From contig CAJFCJ010000055.1 in assembly GCA_904063045.1 (NCBI GenBank), positions 69,256-133,255 on the forward strand: 64,000 nt of DNA, read 5' to 3'. The position numbers and the translations under genes were made by a program. Shown here piece after piece: positions 53,531 to 64,000 of the stretch; within the stretch, counting starts at the first letter, position 1, and every line of letters begins with the position of its first letter. The notes beneath the pieces are model-generated. The model was not told the origin of the DNA, made no database searches, and saw only the letters and a list, made by a program, of their open reading frames with translations. This DNA comes from Dimorphilus gyrociliatus. Lineage: Eukaryota > Animalia > Annelida.

Positions 53531-53934
53531 AGAAATTACCTCTATTAATGGAATCTCTTTTGTAAAAGTATATTTATTTTCAATCAAATATTCCTTTCCA
53601 TATATTAATAATTCATATATTTTATCATAAAAAATCCAGAAATGCTATTTTCTTGTTCGTAAAACAGATTTGGACACCATTACTGTAAATGAAAATTTAG
53701 AAAATGAGCACATCATTCCATGTTATAGAAACGGAAGTAAGAATAATGCAAAGAGACTACTAAAACAGCAATTTATACTTTTACAACCGAAGACGATTAC
53801 AATAACATTTAAATTGGATTCTAGACGTCCGCATTCGAATTTATTTTAACTGCTTTGCTAATTTTTAGTTGTGTAATTTGTAATTAAAAAATAATGATTT
53901 TATTAAAAAAAGATGTTTAAAAACACATTTTTTC

Positions 53935-56900
53935 TTATTTTTCCTTATCTTGGAGTAATTTGAAAAAGAGTCCTTTTTTCTCTTTCAGTTCTTCAATAGT
54001 TCCTAGTTCTGCTATTGTTCCTCGATCCATAACAACTATTCTGTCACTATCCATAATTGTATTTAATCTATGGGCTATGGTTATCATTGTACAATCTTTA
54101 AATTGAAATTTCAATGTAGTCTGAATTCGATTGTCTGTTTCCATGTCTACATTAGCAGTCGCCTCATCAATCACAATTAAATATGAATGTTTTAGCAAGG
54201 CTCTCGCCAAACAGACTAATTGCTTTTCTCCAATGCTTAAATTTTTTCCTCCTTCTATCACTGTTGCATTTAATTGGTCTTTTAAATCTCTGACTTTTTT
54301 TGACAATTGAACTTTATGGAGAGATATCCAAATTTCATCATCGGTATATCTGTTGTAGGGATCTAAATTCGTTCTAAATGTCCCTGAAAACAATATTGGA
54401 TCTTGTGGAATGATGGATATAACTGATCTTGCTCTTTGGAGACTAACATCTCTAAGTATATCAACATTGTCTAATAATATTTGACCTTCAACATTAGCCA
54501 TTTGTAAAATGGCTGATATAAGAGAACTTTTACCAGCTCCAGTTCTCCCAACAACGCCTATCTGAAAAAGCGAAAAGAACTTGTGAAAAACATTGGCAAA
54601 ATAAAAATTTGACCTACTTTTTCACCAGATTTAACACACAGATTTATAGAAAATATAGCAGATGGCAAAGTTTGATCATATTTCATTGATACATTAATCA
54701 ATTGTAAGTTTCCATTGGAAGGCCATTCTGCTTGTGTTGCTGTTACCAAGGTATCCTTTCCTCGAAGACATCCTTCATTTTCTTCGCTTTGAAGATTAGA
54801 GTACTCTTTAATACGATCAACTGATGTCATCTGCAATGAACATGTATAAACAATTATATCTATATGAATATGATAAAGAAAAGACGACAAAAACATACAA
54901 TTCCATCAACAAACACGAATTTTTTTAAACCCATAATTAATCCAACCATTAGATTATTGATATAAACTATGGCCAAAGTTTGAATAAACGCCCTTTTTGG
55001 ACTTGAAAAATAGACGCAAGCAAAATTTATACATATTTGAGTTAAGAAAATCCAACAATAGAATATTCTGGATGTAAACAAGTTGTAGGCTTCCAAAAAA
55101 TAAGAATAATGTAAATTCTTGTTGTAAGTTTGATAGAATTTATTCATTAATTGACTTTGCCTTTCAAAACATCTTATTGTTGAAAGTCCAGTTAGAGTAC
55201 TATCTAACATTTCGTATATTGGACTAGCAGTTACACTATCTAGTCTCTTCAATTTGCTGGAATAACGTGTCATTTTCATCATAGTAAAATAGACCACTAT
55301 AAACATAACGATAAGAGGGATAAGTATGATATTGACATTGTAGGCTGCTAGAGCAAATGAGAAAAGCATTCCTCCTATAAAGGTTATGGTCAATTCCAAA
55401 TTGATATACATGAATAAATCAATTAATCCAATATCTCTCGAAAATCTATTTAGTATCCTTCCCTTTGGATAAATATTAAAGAATCTCATACCAACTGACA
55501 TTATTTTCGTAAACATTTCATTGTGAAGATTTATAGAGCAGATACAAATATTAATGTAAAAAAGGAATTGTTTGCCAAGATCTAAAATTATTAAAAGGAA
55601 AAGAATGATTAAAAGATGATAAAGAGTAATTGTTGACCATGGATTTGTAGCAAAGTAATTGATTTTAGTATCTAAATATATTTTCATGCCAAATACTAAG
55701 CCAAAGAAAAACAATGAGGAACAAATCAAAAAATAGCTACCACTTTGAAAGTAATGTTTATATGTTTTCCAACTTGACAAACCATCTTTAGCATTTTCTT
55801 CATCACAATTAGTATCATTTTGGTTCAAAGTTAATTCTAGATTCTTGTTGGTTTCCATATTTAGAAGGGATAGCTGTGATTTTTCAACTTGCCTTAGTGT
55901 GCCATCCTCCAGAGAAAACACTGTATCAGCTTGTAGTTGAAAGTCAATTTGATGAGATACAAGTATCACAGTTTTCTCTTTTAAATAACCAAGTATGCAA
56001 TTGTTCATAACTTCCTTTGCAACACTCCTGTCTAATGCACTTAGGGGATCATCCAGCAAATAGATATCTGCATCTCTGTAAACAGCTCTTGCAAGAGATA
56101 TTCTAGCCTTTTGACCCCCACTTAGCATAAGGCCTTTTTCTCCAACAAATGTCTTATCGCCTTTTGGAAAATTTTCTAAATCCTGTAGACAAAATTTTGT
56201 TTAAACAAAACCTAAACAACTTAAAATGAATTACTCTTTTTCTTTATACCTTTTGCAATGAGCATACTTGTAAAACTTTTCTATATTTAACTAAATCTAG
56301 ATGATCTCCAAATAGTATATTATCTCTAATTGAGCCATTAAAAATCCAAGAATCTTGAGGCATATACGATTTTTTTAATGGTAATTTCATAAATCCACTA
56401 CAAGGCTTTAATTCTTCAATCATAGTCATTAGTAGTGTAGTTTTACCTGCACCAACTTTACCATATAGTCCTATTAGAGATGATGACTCTATGGATAAAT
56501 TGATATCTTTCAATACCATCCTTGAAGGTGATGAAGCCTTTAAAAAAGATGAAATATAAAAAAATGTTTAAATCATAAAATTGAAGAAATTGTTACATTC
56601 CAGTTGAAATTAACTTTCTTTAGTTGACAGATATTGAAATTACCATTGTCATTGTCACTCAAAATGGACTTTTCCATATCGTCAACTGTTGTTTTATCTT
56701 TTGCAAGAAATATTTCCTTTAGCCTCTCCAGTGAGATAAGATATTCTTTCAATACAAATATACAATCTGGAAATATATAGAAGACATTCGTGTCTAATAG
56801 GAGAATAAGACTAATTAATCTCATAACTGTTGGAGGATTAAGTGTTTCCGGTTTTGTTGATTTTGCTACAAAAATAACAGACATAAGAAGAATTTTTACT

Positions 56901-58058
56901 CCAATTGTACTAAATAATCTAAAAGATATTGTATATAAAAATGATTTCATAAGTGTTAAAATTTCTTTTCGCCTTAAAATACCAATATTTTGGGAAAAGC
57001 ATTCTTCCCAAACTTGCATTTTTATTGTCTCAATTCCAGTTAAAATTTCATTCATAAAATGTATTCTTTTATCACTTCTAAAAGCAATTTTTGACCTCAT
57101 TAAACCTTGTCTATATGCCATGAAAGACTGAAAGGAAGTAATACAAATAACTGCAAGAATGCAAGTAACTCCGGATGGAAAACCATGAAGAATTCCAATA
57201 AGAATTGATGTAAATATAACACCAAAAACTGACCCAAAAAATACCGCAAAAAATGTGAAAATATGAGGAATTCTTTCAAGATCAGTAGAGAAAATAGATA
57301 TAATTTTTCCAGATGTTGTTTCGTGTAAACTTTCATATTTAATATTTAAAATCTTTTCAAAAATACAACAGCCAAGAGCAGATTTTAGCCCAGCACCACA
57401 TTTAAATAATGTGATAAGGGTATAATTGATAAGAATATTTTCAACTAATGAAACTGAAGCTGTTGTTTTTAGAACATTTTTAAAAAATGGAAAATTAAAT
57501 GGAAAATATAGATAACTAACCTAAAATGATTAATATAATGTAACTTTTTCTTGTCACTGTTGTCAAAAGTTCACTTAGTAGGTTGTACATTAAAAATGGA
57601 ATTACCAATCTTAAACTTTGCTTTAAATAAAACAAAGCTTTTTCAATATAATCTAAAATGAATAGGATATACAAACAACTAGGACTCTAATAAACATTAA
57701 AAGACACATTGTTCCTTTTATCTTTCCCATTGTTATCTTGAAAAGAGAGAATTCTTGGTTCGAATTTAATTTCTTAGCAAGATCGCTTTTTGAATTATAT
57801 TAAATATATAAAATTTTACATCATTTTGAAAATATTCATACCATTTCATTTTTTTGTGCCATCTTTCTGAATCGAGTGTTTCTAATTCTTCATAATCTTC
57901 TAATTTACATATCCAATCTTTACCTTTTATTAATTTGTAGACCCATCTTTGAAAAAAAGGTAAATTATTAAAAAATTGCAGTTGACCCTGAAATGTCTTT
58001 ACAATATTAATACTCTGGACAAAAACGAGGCAACCGATTCTGGATGTTTTTTTTTCAT
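53935..58058 (-). CDS. ABCC4/MRP4-like ABC transporter (TMD1-NBD1-TMD2-NBD2), apparently intact, multi-exon
   Basis: ATG at 58058 MKKKHPESVASFLSRVLIL|WVY; NBD1 GKVGAGKT and LSGGQKARISLARAVY; NBD2 VGRTGAGKSS, IIPQDP and LSIGEKQLVCLARA; the short introns checked keep frame. Confidence 0.92.
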
Positions 58059-58824
58059 TCTTTATGGATTGGTTCTAGAAAAATATTTCTTATTAAGCAA
58101 TAGAACTAGACATAACCAGTTTTTCTTAATTCTTACCTTTTTGATTTCATTAATTTATCAGTCTCTTATTGTAATACTAACAAGTACAGATAGTATTATG
58201 AACAAAGGTCGATTCTATTATTATATTGTAGACATCTGATAGCTTAGCCTGATAAAATTATTCATGATGTAAGTTAACTTTGAGAGAAGCAGTGTGAGAG
58301 ATACAAAAAAGAAATGATATGTTATTCACTTAAAGGTCACGCTTGGAAAAGTATAAAATCAGCTGAATACTATTTTGAATGAATGTTGAAGGAAACCACA
58401 GTGAGCAACAGACAAAATAATATTATATATTGAATGTAATTTTCATATCAATATATATATACATTACAGGTAACCTATTTTTGAACACTCAGCTACTTTC
58501 TATATTAGTTAAAATATTTTTTCTTTAACATCAATTTTACAATCCAATATTTAGACATGGCTTTGTGACTTTGTAATCAACACATTCAATGAATTAAATC
58601 TTTGTATTTTACTGTTTAAATAACAAAAAATATTTTATTTTAAAAAAAATTTGAAAATGAGCATATTTTTTAAAAATAATTAAAAATTTTCAAAAATAAC
58701 CAATTTTTTTGCTTTCCTATAGGAAAATTTATTTCAAGAATCGAAGTATGATAAGAATTTTTAAAAAGTTAAAAATGCGAAAAATTAGCCTCGATATCCC
58801 CATTCTTTGTGAAGATGAGTCCCT

Positions 58825-59721
58825 TCATCTTGATTTAATGAGAATTACAGGTGGTTGTTCTTCTTCATTAGTTTGATGTTGACTAGAGCTACAACTTTGT
58901 TTCATTAGTTTTGGGTTTTCAGGAGAGTTATCTGTGACCTCACTTGGGGTAGCAGTTTCTTCTCTTTGTTTTCTTCTTCCAACAATATAGTTGAAAATGA
59001 TGATACATACCATTGACACTACAATACTCAAACAAATATTTCGTATGATAACATCAAGTGTTTTCCCATGTTTATAGTACCAACTATGGAAAAACTGCTT
59101 AATTCCAGATAAATTGGGTACAATGCCATTTTTCCCTGCCACTGTGACCATGTTATCATACCTTGCCTGCTTCTGTTCCAGTGAACTGATAACTTGCTTA
59201 ATTTTTGAGTGCTGGTATGCAATATCCTTCTTTACCCCATGGTGGAGTAGGTCAGCTAATCTGGCAATTTCAATTTTTGGTTCAGATAGGTGATTGTGGA
59301 TATTTAACTGCATGGATTTTGCAGACACAGTGTGAAATCTGCATCCTCTTTCTGAATAATACACATACGTTTTGCCTTTCATTGGTTGGTTTCTTATAGG
59401 ATTTAATGGGTTGTGAGTTGTTTTGTAGAATAACTTGTTAGACTTACACTCATTATAGGTAATCTCTTCAGGATTGACTTGCTGTAAAACATGAGTAACT
59501 GGTTCTACTTGGAAAAGCAGGTTGTTCATGGTGACAAGTAAAAATTGAGAACATTTGTTATTCTTTTTTATCACACTTAAGTCACAAACTACTTCTGTCG
59601 AATCTATTGGTGAACATTGTTTAATTATAGCTAATTCTCCCCTCTGACTACTGTGCATTCCCAACTCATTTGTTAACACTGTGGTCAAGTGAGGATCCAA
59701 ATTTGCCAGTAATGCCATCAT
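58825..59721 (-). mobile_element. Env/viral fusion glycoprotein-like ORF (C-terminal half), orphan
   Basis: Intronless ORF with a Cys-rich ectodomain (CSPIDSTEVVCDLSVIKKNNKC; YSERGCRFHT), heptad-like segment, aromatic membrane-proximal region, TM ICLSIVVSMVCIIIFNYIVG and basic stop-transfer RRK. No signal peptide; upstream frame broken. Confidence 0.45.
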
Positions 59722-59919
59722 CCTGCCTCTTTGAACAAATTGATTGCAGAGAAGACTTGACAGCTGTTGGGTAAACTTTTTTAAGTTCTTAAAATTTGAA
59801 TCAATACCATGTAGTAAGGTACATGAAAATTTGGGGTACAGAACAATTTGTGCTAAATGGATCGCAGATTATAGGGGAAAATGCTTCTTTTTTTGCTGTG
59901 TGTCTATCAAGTAGTTTCA

Positions 59920-60114
59920 TGCAATGGCTCACCATTACCTCTTTCTGGTCCTGATGTTGAGGGAAACATTGGTGAAGACTTCATCTGGCAGCAGGATAAT
60001 GCACTTCCACACACTGACAGGGTAACAATTGATACACTGGAGGAGAACAGAATCCAAGCGCTAGATTGGCCTTCACATTCAACAAACCTCAACGCCATAC
60101 AAAAAACCTCATAA
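59920..60114 (+). mobile_element. Tc1 transposase catalytic fragment
   Basis: FIWQQDNALPHT..IQALDWPSHSTNLNAIQ. Confidence 0.8.
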
Positions 60115-60371
60115 AATATTTTTCTGTTCTTTTTCAGACATATTCTTCAATATGTATTAAAAAAAACCAAAAATTTCATCTTATAAATAACAAAAAGCTC
60201 TTTTATCAAAAAATATCTTTACTTCATATAAGAATATTTCGGTCACTGACACAATAAAACTATTGTGTCAGTTCCTCACAGTGGTTTTGTCATTCATTCA
60301 TTCAAAACCGTATTGTGTTGATTCTATATTTTTTTAAAAGTGCACATTTAAGCAAATAAATTGCGCGCACC

Positions 60372-60372
<1 letters not shown>

Positions 60373-60406
<34 letters not shown>

Positions 60407-60411
60407 TCTCT
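60373..60411. repeat. (TC)n microsatellite
   Basis: About 15 perfect TC units followed by degenerate units. Confidence 0.95.
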
Positions 60412-60635
60412 CAAGGTTAAATTACTTCAAAAAGGGTTTTATATGGCTAAGCTATCAGATGTCTACAATATAATAATAAAATCGACGTTTGTTCATAATA
60501 CTATCTGTACTTGTTAGTATTACAATAAGAGACTGATAAATTAATGAAATCAAAAAGGTAAGAATTAAGAAAAACTGGTTATGTCTAGTTCTATTGCTTA
60601 ATAAGAAATATTTTTCTAGAACCAATCCATAAAGA

Positions 60636-63600
60636 ATGAAAAAAAAACATCCAGAATCGGTTGCCTCGTTTTTGTCCAGAGTATTAATATTGTAAAGACA
60701 TTTCAGGGTCAACTGCAATTTTTTAATAATTTACCTTTTTTTCAAAGATGGGTCTACAAATTAATAAAAGGTAAAGATTGGATATGTAAATTAGAAGATT
60801 ATGAAGAATTAGAAACACTCGATTCAGAAAGATGGCACAAAAAAATGAAATGGTATGAATATTTTCAAAATGATGTAAAATTTTATATATTTAATATAAT
60901 TCAAAAAGCGATCTTGCTAAGAAATTAAATTCGAACCAAGAATTCTCTCTTTTCAAGATAACAATGGGAAAGATAAAAGGAACAATGTGTCTTTTAATGT
61001 TTATTAGAGTCCTAGTTGTTTGTATATCCTATTCATTTTAGATTATATTGAAAAAGCTTTGTTTTATTTAAAGCAAAGTTTAAGATTGGTAATTCCATTT
61101 TTAATGTACAACCTACTAAGTGAACTTTTGACAACAGTGACAAGAAAAAGTTACATTATATTAATCATTTTAGGTTAGTTATCTATATTTTCCATTTAAT
61201 TTTCCATTTTTTAAAAATGTTCTAAAAACAACAGCTTCAGTTTCATTAGTTGAAAATATTCTTATCAATTATACCCTTATCACATTATTTAAATGTGGTG
61301 CTGGGCTAAAATCTGCTCTTGGCTGTTGTATTTTTGAAAAGATTTTAAATATTAAATATGAAAGTTTACACGAAACAACATCTGGAAAAATTATATCTAT
61401 TTTCTCTACTGATCTTGAAAGAATTCCTCATATTTTCACATTTTTTGCGGTATTTTTTGGGTCAGTTTTTGGTGTTATATTTACATCAATTCTTATTGGA
61501 ATTCTTCATGGTTTTCCATCCGGAGTTACTTGCATTCTTGCAGTTATTTGTATTACTTCCTTTCAGTCTTTCATGGCATATAGACAAGGTTTAATGAGGT
61601 CAAAAATTGCTTTTAGAAGTGATAAAAGAATACATTTTATGAATGAAATTTTAACTGGAATTGAGACAATAAAAATGCAAGTTTGGGAAGAATGCTTTTC
61701 CCAAAATATTGGTATTTTAAGGCGAAAAGAAATTTTAACACTTATGAAATCATTTTATATACAATATCTTTTAGATTATTTAGTACAATTGGAGTAAAAA
61801 TTCTTCTTATGTCTGTTATTTTTGTAGCAAAATCAACAAAACCGGAAACACTTAATCCTCCAACAGTTATGAGATTAATTAGTCTTATTCTCCTATTAGA
61901 CACGAATGTCTTCTATATATTTCCAGATTGTATATTTGTATTGAAAGAATATCTTATCTCACTGGAGAGGCTAAAGGAAATATTTCTTGCAAAAGATAAA
62001 ACAACAGTTGACGATATGGAAAAGTCCATTTTGAGTGACAATGACAATGGTAATTTCAATATCTGTCAACTAAAGAAAGTTAATTTCAACTGGAATGTAA
62101 CAATTTCTTCAATTTTATGATTTAAACATTTTTTTATATTTCATCTTTTTTAAAGGCTTCATCACCTTCAAGGATGGTATTGAAAGATATCAATTTATCC
62201 ATAGAGTCATCATCTCTAATAGGACTATATGGTAAAGTTGGTGCAGGTAAAACTACACTACTAATGACTATGATTGAAGAATTAAAGCCTTGTAGTGGAT
62301 TTATGAAATTACCATTAAAAAAATCGTATATGCCTCAAGATTCTTGGATTTTTAATGGCTCAATTAGAGATAATATACTATTTGGAGATCATCTAGATTT
62401 AGTTAAATATAGAAAAGTTTTACAAGTATGCTCATTGCAAAAGGTATAAAGAAAAAGAGTAATTCATTTTAAGTTGTTTAGGTTTTGTTTAAACAAAATT
62501 TTGTCTACAGGATTTAGAAAATTTTCCAAAAGGCGATAAGACATTTGTTGGAGAAAAAGGCCTTATGCTAAGTGGGGGTCAAAAGGCTAGAATATCTCTT
62601 GCAAGAGCTGTTTACAGAGATGCAGATATCTATTTGCTGGATGATCCCCTAAGTGCATTAGACAGGAGTGTTGCAAAGGAAGTTATGAACAATTGCATAC
62701 TTGGTTATTTAAAAGAGAAAACTGTGATACTTGTATCTCATCAAATTGACTTTCAACTACAAGCTGATACAGTGTTTTCTCTGGAGGATGGCACACTAAG
62801 GCAAGTTGAAAAATCACAGCTATCCCTTCTAAATATGGAAACCAACAAGAATCTAGAATTAACTTTGAACCAAAATGATACTAATTGTGATGAAGAAAAT
62901 GCTAAAGATGGTTTGTCAAGTTGGAAAACATATAAACATTACTTTCAAAGTGGTAGCTATTTTTTGATTTGTTCCTCATTGTTTTTCTTTGGCTTAGTAT
63001 TTGGCATGAAAATATATTTAGATACTAAAATCAATTACTTTGCTACAAATCCATGGTCAACAATTACTCTTTATCATCTTTTAATCATTCTTTTCCTTTT
63101 AATAATTTTAGATCTTGGCAAACAATTCCTTTTTTACATTAATATTTGTATCTGCTCTATAAATCTTCACAATGAAATGTTTACGAAAATAATGTCAGTT
63201 GGTATGAGATTCTTTAATATTTATCCAAAGGGAAGGATACTAAATAGATTTTCGAGAGATATTGGATTAATTGATTTATTCATGTATATCAATTTGGAAT
63301 TGACCATAACCTTTATAGGAGGAATGCTTTTCTCATTTGCTCTAGCAGCCTACAATGTCAATATCATACTTATCCCTCTTATCGTTATGTTTATAGTGGT
63401 CTATTTTACTATGATGAAAATGACACGTTATTCCAGCAAATTGAAGAGACTAGATAGTGTAACTGCTAGTCCAATATACGAAATGTTAGATAGTACTCTA
63501 ACTGGACTTTCAACAATAAGATGTTTTGAAAGGCAAAGTCAATTAATGAATAAATTCTATCAAACTTACAACAAGAATTTACATTATTCTTATTTTTTGG

Positions 63601-64000
63601 AAGCCTACAACTTGTTTACATCCAGAATATTCTATTGTTGGATTTTCTTAACTCAAATATGTATAAATTTTGCTTGCGTCTATTTTTCAAGTCCAAAAAG
63701 GGCGTTTATTCAAACTTTGGCCATAGTTTATATCAATAATCTAATGGTTGGATTAATTATGGGTTTAAAAAATTCGTGTTTGTTGATGGAATTGTATGTT
63801 TTTGTCGTCTTTTCTTTATCATATTCATATAGATATAATTGTTTATACATGTTCATTGCAGATGACATCAGTTGATCGTATTAAAGAGTACTCTAATCTT
63901 CAAAGCGAAGAAATGAAGGATGTCTTCGAGGAAAGGATACCTTGGTAACAGCAACACAAGCAGAATGGCCTTCCAATGGAAACTTACAATTGATTAATGT
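60636..64000 (+). CDS. Second ABCC4-like copy (partial, runs off the window), with three frameshifts as assembled
   Basis: Mirror image of the minus-strand copy; 1-bp deletions at about 61753 (T4 vs T5), 63770 (A6 vs A7) and 63912 (A3 vs A4). Confidence 0.85.

Larger units (their letters stand above)
54691..64000. repeat. Large inverted duplication: arm 54691-58249 versus arm 60445-64000 (continues off the window)
   Basis: Near-identical ORFs on opposite strands. Differences seen: one substitution (about 58208/60487) and three 1-bp homopolymer deletions in the right arm. Confidence 0.97.

Noticed and set aside
52789-53565. 258-aa plus-strand ORF
   Set aside because: Antisense shadow of the Pao pol ORF with no recognisable motifs.
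57976-58239. 87-aa ORF duplicated at 60455..60718
   Set aside because: Antisense to ABCC exon 1 and its 5' region; it is duplicated only because of the inverted repeat.
58700-58824. Possible LTR downstream of the env-like ORF
   Set aside because: A purine tract is present but there is no TG...CA-bounded repeat or second copy.
1-64000. tRNA, rRNA or other structured ncRNA genes
   Set aside because: No cloverleaf, A/B-box or rRNA-like conserved sequence was seen by eye; tRNAscan-SE or Infernal would be needed to exclude them.

Overview
This is AT-rich animal genomic DNA with compact genes (introns about 55-65 bp) and two N gaps. The style and the RI-type LRR repeats suggest a compact-genome lophotrochozoan such as the annelid Dimorphilus gyrociliatus; this is an inference, not proven. 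The window is a fast-turnover cluster of cell-surface, secreted and immune-like genes: a disabled PKD1-like gene, two intronless class A GPCRs, a NACHT-LRR (NLR-like) gene, a GRL101/LGR-type LDLa-LRR-7TM gene trailed by a kinase-like segment, a CD225 gene, a disabled beta-helix/SRCR/EGF/mucin gene, a CUB protein, a UGT, an LRR gene, a CBM14-TSP1-triple C1q protein, an EGF-repeat protein and an F5/8-FAMeT multidomain gene. Mobile DNA includes a foldback/MULE-like element inside a coding exon, a Tc1/mariner MITE, three Tc1 copies and a truncated BEL/Pao LTR element. The right end is a head-to-head inverted duplication of an ABCC4-like transporter, with near-identical arms but diverged upstream flanks, around a spacer holding an env/fusion-glycoprotein-like ORF. 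CTCF-like motifs recur in non-coding spacers. No tRNA, rRNA or CRISPR features were seen. All domain calls are by eye from motifs; no database search was run.
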